This document shows positions 32,451 to 64,000 of a DNA stretch of 64,000 nt, one piece after another. The DNA lies in the NCBI GenBank assembly GCA_964036045.1, contig OZ038379.1, forward strand, positions 14,570,001 through 14,634,000. Direction: 5' to 3'. The stretch comes from Eutreptiella sp. 'Long Island Sound 2002' (taxonomy: Eukaryota > Protista > Euglenida). Below the pieces are notes generated by a model. It ran no database searches and had not been told where the DNA came from. It was given only the letters and a program-made list of their open reading frames with translations. A program made the translations under genes and the position numbers. How positions within the stretch are numbered: the stretch's first letter is position 1; each line of letters begins with the position of its first letter.

Positions 32451-34710
32451 TTGAATCGACTGACTAAAATATATGTTATAGTGTCATGGGCAGATTGCAA
32501 TCACTGAATGATGGGTGGGCACCAGTCTAAAAGCCGACCATGGGCTTGCTGAGAAAGGCAGGGTTTGGGCTGCAGTGCATGGAGTAATTAGAATTAAGTT
32601 TTGTCACCAGACGGACACACACAACGTGGACAGAGATGCACACAGCGCATCCAGCTAAGTGCCTCTACACCGATTCTGATGGACCAGAGCACAATTAATG
32701 ACGTATGTTGTATCGGCACTGGGCTGATGGTCTCACCACTCTACGTCAGCTATGCGACTCACGGCTCAACCCACTACAGGGAGCCTGTGCTGACACGGCT
32801 CATTACCATCACGTGAGCCCATGTTGTGGCACTGGGTTCATGCTACGCATCCTGTCCGTGAGCAGACAGGTTATTATGGCCTCCAGGGGGCAGGGATAAT
32901 GGTCAATGATTGTGCAGCTGCGAAACCAATCTTAGATAGCCACCAGTCAAAATACCAGAAATACCAAAGCACGGGAAATCAACCGACTGCAGCCGAGTAA
33001 CTGAGAGCAACAAAGAACCGACAGTTTGAATGCAAAATGCAAAGCGAACACTGTAGCATCCTTCCAAAAACAGATCATCCACTTCATCTTAAATGACCAC
33101 CGACACCAATGGGACGGAGATCACGGCAGCCCAGGGGCCAGGTAATAAACACAGGACGTGTACCCTCGTGTGGGGTCCAGTACCCCGACTCCAACAAAGG
33201 ATCACGAAAAAGGGGCACTTGATGAAAGTTGTCGGTGCCTGCGCTCCAGCAAGAAGAAAACTGAAGGCAGTCCTCCAGTGCCCCTCGTTTGTTGCAGGAT
33301 TAATGCGGATTAATGCTGTCCTGAAGTGGGGTTTCAGCAGAAACGGCTACAATCTCGTGCAGGGCGGTTGAGGGCCGAGTGCTAACACATCAATCTGTGC
33401 AACAGGGGTTAATGTTGTCGCCCTGAAACCTCCTCCGTCAGCCTCTGGTCAGCACATAGACCGATGAAGCGCCTTTTGTGAGATGGCCAGGCCAAACTGC
33501 TGTCAGTGATGCGATTTCTGAATCCATCATCATGACTCACAGAAGGTCCAAACGGCAACAGCGACACACTACACCCATGCAATGTGTTGCGGATATAAAG
33601 CAGCCCCCGCCCTGAGTGTAGTCCCCCAAAAATGCGCAACTTCATCCCCTGCCCCCGGGGGGAACTGTCACAAAATGACGGTGTTCCCCCTTCCCCGGGG
33701 ACTATGCACCAGGATCCACAACGTGCTTCTAGATGCTGGCGCGTAATTGGTGGAGGCTTCTGGGGGGCTTGCCACTTTTGGGGGGGAACTATCTCTCAGC
33801 CTCATTAAGAATGTGCCAACTTTGTGCGTTTTGCCACTTTTGGGGACTTTTTACAAGTTTCGCTTCGATGTGTGGAAGCAAGGACACCGCCACCCCAATA
33901 TTGAAGGTGGGTAACTCAAAAAAACATGTTTTGGAAAGTATTTATTGAGATGGGTGGGGGTGGGTTTTGGGGCCTAGTAAGGGGTTGGAAGGGCGAAAAA
34001 TAGGGCATGACATCATCCAATGCAGATTGCGAAAAATAGGCAACTTAGGGACAAAATTGGTGACGTGAGCCATTATTCACCCCTAAAAGTGACTGTGAAT
34101 GATGAAAATGAGCAAAAGGGAAGAGAGCGCTTTCAACTTCCATGGCATCAGGGGGCTAAAGGGTAGGGATGGGCTATTTTTGGGGGCAAAACGGCTATTT
34201 TTTACCACTCTGGGAAAGATCCTATCAACAGTGATGTCCTACACCATTTTTTTTCATAATTTTGCCCTTGTACAGCTCTCCCACTGTCCCAACCTTCTCC
34301 GAAACATGAGTTTTGAGTTTCCACCCCAAAAATAAGGGGGGAGGGGGCGACCGCCCAAAAGGGCACCCAGTAATGGGGGTAGGCGTGCAGTGCAGCGTGT
34401 CTGAAACCTGGCCAGAACAGGCAAAAACAACCCAAACCGTCAACGGTACCGGCCAATTTTCGAAAATAATATGGTTCTGGACCCCCGCCCCCCAGCCCAT
34501 ACATCTCCAAAAAGCCCTTTTCAAGGGCTTTCTGAATATACCCCACATACCCCGACCTACGGGACACTGAGTGGACACAAATGAGGCAACAAGGGCTGCA
34601 ACCCCCTAAAACGCACAAAGTTGGCACAGTCAATACTGATGCCGGGAGATATGCAAGTGACAGTGCCCCCTCCCCCCCCCTCCCCCCGGAACTGCGCGGG
34701 GGGGGGGGGG

Positions 34711-34765
34711 GGTTGGCACAAGGCCTTGGTGGTTGGCTCTGTTAGCCTGTGGCGGCGCCTATTGG
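34711..34765 (+). repeat. Dispersed short repeat family (SINE/MITE-like), copy 1
   Basis: G-tract + TTGGCACAAGGCCTTGGT...TGGCGGCGCCTATTGG; also at 42116-42180 and 61121-61180. Confidence 0.75.
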
Positions 34766-37033
34766 TGCGGGGGGGCAGTGCAGTACGACAACCCACTTGC
34801 CCTCCCCTCCCTCCCCCAGTGTTGATCTCAATTCCTTTCTGTACGAGCAGTGCCGAATGTTCGAGGTCAGGGAAGTTTCTCAGGTCAGGGAAGAAGGGGT
34901 TGCGCCCCGTGTCTAGGGCGTTGGCTGAAAGCAAAGCTGTGCTCTGCAAGTACTCCAGTGCCCCGAGCTGGAGGTGCGGTTGTTGCGGCGGGTGATGTGT
35001 ATCCCTGTGGCCACGCAGCGCATGCTCATTGGCAAAGGGTTCAGGTTCGGGTGACCCCTCAAAACAGCTGATACCCACTTCACGTTGCCAAACCCCAAGC
35101 TCTGATCAGAAAAGGTGCGCAAAAAAGATGGGGGGCGGGGTTTTGAGCAGAGATGACATCAAGGGACACCAGAATGACGACGACACACTATGACACACAT
35201 CGGCGGTCTTATCCGTGCATTTCACAGCACCAGAAACCATTGGCACTGTCAAATATCCGGGGCCCACACATTGCGATGTGCTGCTCTCTCATGCGGACCC
35301 CTGTGGGTACAAAAGTGACGATGTGCGGCGCACACCACTGCCTCTCCTGCAGGCACCCGACAGGGCTTCTCTGGGACCAGGCATCGAGGTGCCTTTGCCT
35401 TTACCTTTGCAGCCGATGGGCGATCTGCGGCAAACAAGGACGGGGGTCCGGCATCGATGGTGTGCACACACGAACCCACAGAACTGAGCATGTCTTCACA
35501 CGCACTGTTCCGGTTCCATTTGGCGGTCTCTTTTAATAGCCGCAGCGGAGGGGGGGGCGGGTGGGGTGGGGGGGGGGGGGGGGGCGTTGGGGGGCTCTTA
35601 CCAGACTTGCCATAATACCATCCGCCAGGGCAGCGTGGTCAGCAGGAGCTGGGCCCCGCTGACTCGGATACGGGGCACAGCAGGTTCCCACTCAGTTCCG
35701 CTAACGACATCAGCAGATACTACTGACTGGCACATGCCACGTGGTCGATTCCTGCCGAAAGTCGGCCCCCCCTGCTGGGCCCTCGTGGCACGTCGCTCTC
35801 ACCCAGCGGTGTGCGCGCGCCTTGCATGCTGGCCACCCCCAAAGAGTGCCCGGCGCCAGCGTGCCGCCCTCCGGTGGCTGCCCATCGATGGGTGTAGGTT
35901 CTCACGTCGTCATTGTCCTGCGCTATGTCTGAAACAAACATTTGCCCTGGCTCTCCCACTCGCCGAGGAGGTGGCAAAAAGCATAGCCGGATACAAGCAT
36001 CGTAAGGAAGTGGGCCAGGGCAAACAGGGGTCCGGAGCAGACTCAAGAATATGCCATCGTGAGGGCATGATGTCGACCGGTGGTTCAAGCGGGGCTGACT
36101 GCAATGGGGCATCGGATTTCATGGACTTATCCATTGGGGCCTGGGCATGGCTTCGGCGCAGACGGCCGCATGCCCTACCCACAGGAAGCTTGAACCAACG
36201 CGTGATGTAACCTGGTGATCCTACTGGGTGGTAGGAAGGCCTCTATTGGGGGGGGTGGGGGCACTGGGAAAGCCAAAGCTTGCAGTCAGAGACCACCTCG
36301 GGAGAATGAAGGACGGCGGGGTTGAGGGGGTGGGGGTGATAGGCTTGGGAAGAAATCATAGTGTGTGTCGTGGTGACGGTTAGAGCGAGTGCTGGAGCGA
36401 GGGCTCCGATGGTGTGAAATGATAGAGAACGTCGGTGATGGGGCGCGGGTCCCAGCAGCCGGAGCGCCAGGAACGGGTGCATGCTACGATGGCATTCGTG
36501 GGTTAGAGGGGCTTGATGAATGGTTGAAGGGAGGTTGCAACGAGGCTGTAGCACTTATTGCGGCGAGGATGATGTCAAGATCGGGGCATGGGTCGTAGAC
36601 GCGGCTTCAAGCTTGTGCATAGACGTCGGGACTCTGGTCCCTTGGCTTTAAATCAAAACCGCCTTGACTAAACCCACAGCTGTCTCCCCAGGTCTATCCA
36701 TGGGGCAACCTGCAGTCCCGCAACACCCGATTACCAAAAGCCTTCGGGGGTTGCACGGGGACGACGTGCGACATCCTAGCGGGCCTCACCTTCGGAAACA
36801 TTGCGACAACTGTTTTAGAGCAGGGAATGGGTCATCATGGAATCAGCGGCACGGTGCGATATACTGGTCGTTAAACACGCCGTTGCATGCAAATATTCCA
36901 TGCCCCAGTCCGAGACCAAAGAGTGGCCAAAGCAAACGCCCCGACGTACAACGGGACATATGTGTCAGCAGCACCGGCAAGCAGAGAATGCTGGACTGAA
37001 AACAAAGAGCATGCACACACCTACTCTCTCTTG

Positions 37034-37036
<3 letters not shown>

Positions 37037-37087
<51 letters not shown>
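37037..37087. repeat. (TC)n microsatellite
   Basis: Perfect TC run. Confidence 0.99.
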
Positions 37088-37090
<3 letters not shown>

Positions 37091-40000
37091 CTCTCACATG
37101 GCACTGTGCAAAGCACCGGACAAAAACTGAAAGAAACATGCTTGTCAGGCCCAGTCGCGAAACAAGAGTGGCGGTTGGGTGCATTTCTGTAAGACAATGA
37201 GAAGTGCAGCGGAATGAGCTACTGTTCCACAGCACAAACAAACACGCGAGAAGGGGGTTGCAAAGGCAGAACAAAACAGCAGACACACGCGCGCGCGCGT
37301 GCGGACAGCGGACACAGCAAAAATGAGCACCAAAACACACAGATTGAGGCGTTGCGTCCACTACCCGGCCCATGACTTGGCGTCTGTGAATACACCCCAT
37401 GTCCCCACCAAGGGTTCTCGAGACGTATGCACTTGAGGACGGAGCTTTGGGGGGCACGCTGATGGCACACACGCGCGCGGATGCACACCGAGAGGACGAC
37501 ACAGGGCCACGTGCGGAGACGTGACGTGAGAGACGAGCTTGTCACGAGCAGATGTGCCAATCGTCAGATCAGGCGTGATCAGAAGAAGCAGGGTCCCACT
37601 GAGTCCGAGCTGGTTACTGCTGCCCTCTGGGTGCAACAGGAGCGGGCATGAGTCAGGGTTTGATTCTTGACGAAACTCCGTTCCCTGGCCTCACACGAAT
37701 GGCATGCCTGGTGACAGGGTGGCAGCGACTGCCTTGAAGACGATTGCTTGAAAAAAATCAATTCTGAGGTCGACTACTGACCACCTTTTGTACGCCATGA
37801 TCTCTAATCTAATATAAAACATGTGCAGGCTTCAAGCTCCGACAGCTGCTGCACACAGACTAATAGACAGCCTGCGACTGGGGCATCAATGGGCGACAGC
37901 CACACAGGTGGGTATGCAATGACAGTGGCGCCTACTCTCAAGAAAACAGCGTCCCTCAAATACGCTCACACGCTGGACAATATCGTTGTCTTCGCACAGG
38001 TCCAGAACAATTCCAAAGCGACAAGTATCGAGGCGGGATGGGTGCCACTTCAGGTCCCCATGTATCATCAGGGCTACCGGCGAAAGCCTTGGGGAGCTGT
38101 TCGAAAGGACACGGTGTTGTTGGACACCATGCACGCGGCCGACGGTGAATGCCTAGCGATGCGACGCTTGTGGGTGTGTGACGCACTCAGCTCAGCGATT
38201 GTCCATCGCCAGAGATGGCTGTGACAGGGAGTCTGCTCGCCCCAATTGCATATCATCACATAATTATGGTGATATACTCGCTTTGTCTCAATGTGCATGG
38301 CATACTGTGTCATCTGACGTGGTATGACCCTCCTCCCGGAGAAATCCCAAGCCTGCCGCACAGTGGCGATTGCTCTTCCGTCGTTGACTTTCCATTCAGC
38401 GACACAAATACGACCTCACAACCCCCCGACCCGGACAGAAATTGAGGGCAAGAATGTCTTTGGGAGATTCAACAATAGATACTCTGGACATCCTCAGATA
38501 AACTGCAATCCATTACCTTTTCCACACAGAAACAGGGCATGAACAACAGCGAACTACGATACTCCAGACGAAGGGCTGAACGCCATCATTCACACTGTAT
38601 TGCCAATCTCTGCCGGCGTACATCTTATGCACCCCTTCACTCACTCAAGGGCGCACATGGCTGCGAACTCAGATCCGCGTAAACAAGGTTCCTTCGCATT
38701 CAGCCAAAAAATCCACACACCGCCCTTGGCGATGACAACAACGGCGTCGCCAGCACCAGGAACGGGATGAGATGGAATGGCCCGGTCCTTGTTATCAAAC
38801 CCCGGAAAGGCTCAGTGCCGGTGGCACATTGAGCGCCATTACTTGCTTTTGCCGGCAGGCGATGATGGGAGCGAAAAAGCGACGTTGTGGCGTTTTCTCA
38901 TCAATAGCACACGCCGACTGCCTGCAGTTGTGGTCCTGTCTTCTTATCGACGGCACGCATGCAACGACATGCAGCCGTGGTCGCTGCTGATCGGCAGCAC
39001 ATGCAGTTGCATGCAAACATTCACAAAACCATACAAGTTCACACCGCCGCACGCAGGTGCATCCAGTGCGCGCATGCATACAACGGGAAGGCATGAGTCA
39101 TCAGGAGAGTGTCAGCACATCGCTCTCCTTCTGTACCAGCAGCGAGGCACCACAATGGGGACAATCTGCAGATGAGAAATGCGGGTACCAGGATGCAGCA
39201 AGTGATGGGGCGATGATCAGAGGTGCGATCGCGGTCTGTGGTATTTGCATCCAAAAGCTTCATCAACGGAACGGACATTGATTTTGTGGAAATCAAAATC
39301 AGATCGTGTGTCGCACGGGAGGAGTGCTGACCGATAGTGTGTATACGGGAGGGGAAACGAATCGCATGCGGATCGAATCCGATGAATCCGCCTGATCCCA
39401 ATGACCACCCCTGATGCCATACTAACCCTCAAGGCCAGGGGGACATTGCTCCAGGGAGAGCCTGCCAGGGCCTGTTTTACCAAACTTCCCCAGGCTCTCC
39501 CGTCGGAGGCCCGAATTTGCTTGGGTTTGATGGCGGGCCCTTTTTCATCCGACCTCTGTGTCAGGTTCTCCCGCCAGAATACAAATTGTGGTGGTATTTT
39601 GGTTTCAAGACACGTTGGTTCTCAGTCAATTCCCGCTGTTTGCTCCAAATGCACCCCACCTCGGCCTCCCGTTGCCACATATCGCGAAGTCCGTGTGACT
39701 CCAAGTCAGAAGTTGAGTCTGAGTTGGAGCTGCATGCAGTGGAGCCTGAGTTGCTGTAAGAGATTGAATCAGAGTCACTGACTGAATTCCGGCTCCAGGT
39801 AGAACTGGAGCTAGAGCTACAGACTGACTTAGAGCTCGTGCTACTGTCAGCAGTCATGTGACATGGGACATAACTGCAGATTGCGGTGCAAAATACGGCA
39901 TCACACAACACCCTCTGGCATCACAACACAATGTGCCCACACCGCGGCCCTGCTTGAATTTGTGGCAGCATACGACACGGCAATAATGTGCGTTGCGGAA

Positions 40001-40579
40001 GACCGCGGTCACTGATGCGTCGCCACGGGAAGTTTTATCCAAATGTGCAGAAAAATGGGGTGGAAAACTTGCAAGACCACTTGAAAAATGAAGTTCCCCG
40101 ACGGTGCCTTATGAAAGCTATTTTGTGGGCTGGCATTTTTTCGAACGCCAAAAATGTCCCGAGGTGCAATTAAAATGGTGTCTTTTGCACCTCACAACTA
40201 CCAAAACAGACTCTGTATTTCCACTGTGCCCGATTTGGGGAGTATCGAAATTGTCGTCGCCAACACAGACCAGCACCGGAACGCCCCCCCCCCCCCCCTT
40301 CTCCATTAGCACATGGGCCGAGTGCAGCACGACGGCTGGTGTGGACAAAAGGTAAAACAGTCCAGCGGCTTGCATGGATGCCACGTCACCCTTTGTCCTG
40401 GCTACCGCCACAGTCCTCACCCAGCCCTGACACTGTGACCCCACCCTTGAACTAACGCCCCGCCTGCCCTTGTCCACACCCTCATCACCGCTGACCCGAA
40501 CGTCCAGCAAACTTTCCTCGGCCTCGCTTTCCGCCCGCCCCACCCACCCACCCACCTTCAACACAGCAACAGACAATAC

Positions 40580-63728
<23,149 letters not shown>

Positions 63729-64000
63729 CTGCAGATGGGAGACAACGCTACGTGCATGAGCATGTGGGGCAGAGACTGTGCCATGGGATCTCTGTTGGGG
63801 GCACACCCGCCGGCTGAGGCAAAGATGAAGGAGCAACATTACCACTCTTTACCGACAAACTAGTTCTAAAGCACAACGAAAGTACATAGCCCTGGAAGCA
63901 GACGGCTTGTGGGTCTGGGAACACAACACAGCACGCCACACCACACGGCACAGCACAGCACAGCACAGGAGGAGGAGGAGGAGGAGGAGATGCGGTCCCC

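Noticed and set aside
36770-36875. PHLRK / IATTVLEQG / GHHGISGTVRY resembling a phage-type integrase C-terminus
   Set aside because: Needs a frameshift, motif spacing is too short, and no upstream Arg motif was found.
37823-39175. Medium ORFs with protein-like composition
   Set aside because: No recognisable motifs and no consistent splice or frame linkage.

Overview
Repeat-rich eukaryotic nuclear DNA from a protist. A euglenozoan or euglenid host is inferred from the retroelement type and is not proven. The window has four main parts. (1) Bases 1-4523, minus strand: a near-intact tyrosine-recombinase (YR) retrotransposon in the VIPER/TATE gene order gag - YR - RT/RNase H. Its Gag frame carries an N-terminal ubiquitin-like domain ending in GG, and the element is broken only by four in-frame TGA codons. 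(2) Bases 19538-28042, minus strand: one intron-free 2834-aa ORF with PDZ-like, ankyrin-like and degenerate RelA/SpoT-like nucleotidyltransferase regions, followed by about 190 decapeptide repeats (QLKEAGFDAT). (3) Bases 40580-63728, minus strand: 17 small GT-AG exons that I spliced by hand into one open frame. They encode the post-motor part of a kinesin-3 (PHLLNLNEDP, FHA, C2-like region; KIF28P/KLP-6-like), and the motor domain lies beyond the right edge. (4) The rest is decayed LINE and transposase remnants, nested insertions with C-tract/G-tract inverted ends, dispersed short repeat families and microsatellites. I found no supportable rRNA, tRNA or CRISPR array. All domain calls come from motif recognition by eye, with no database search.
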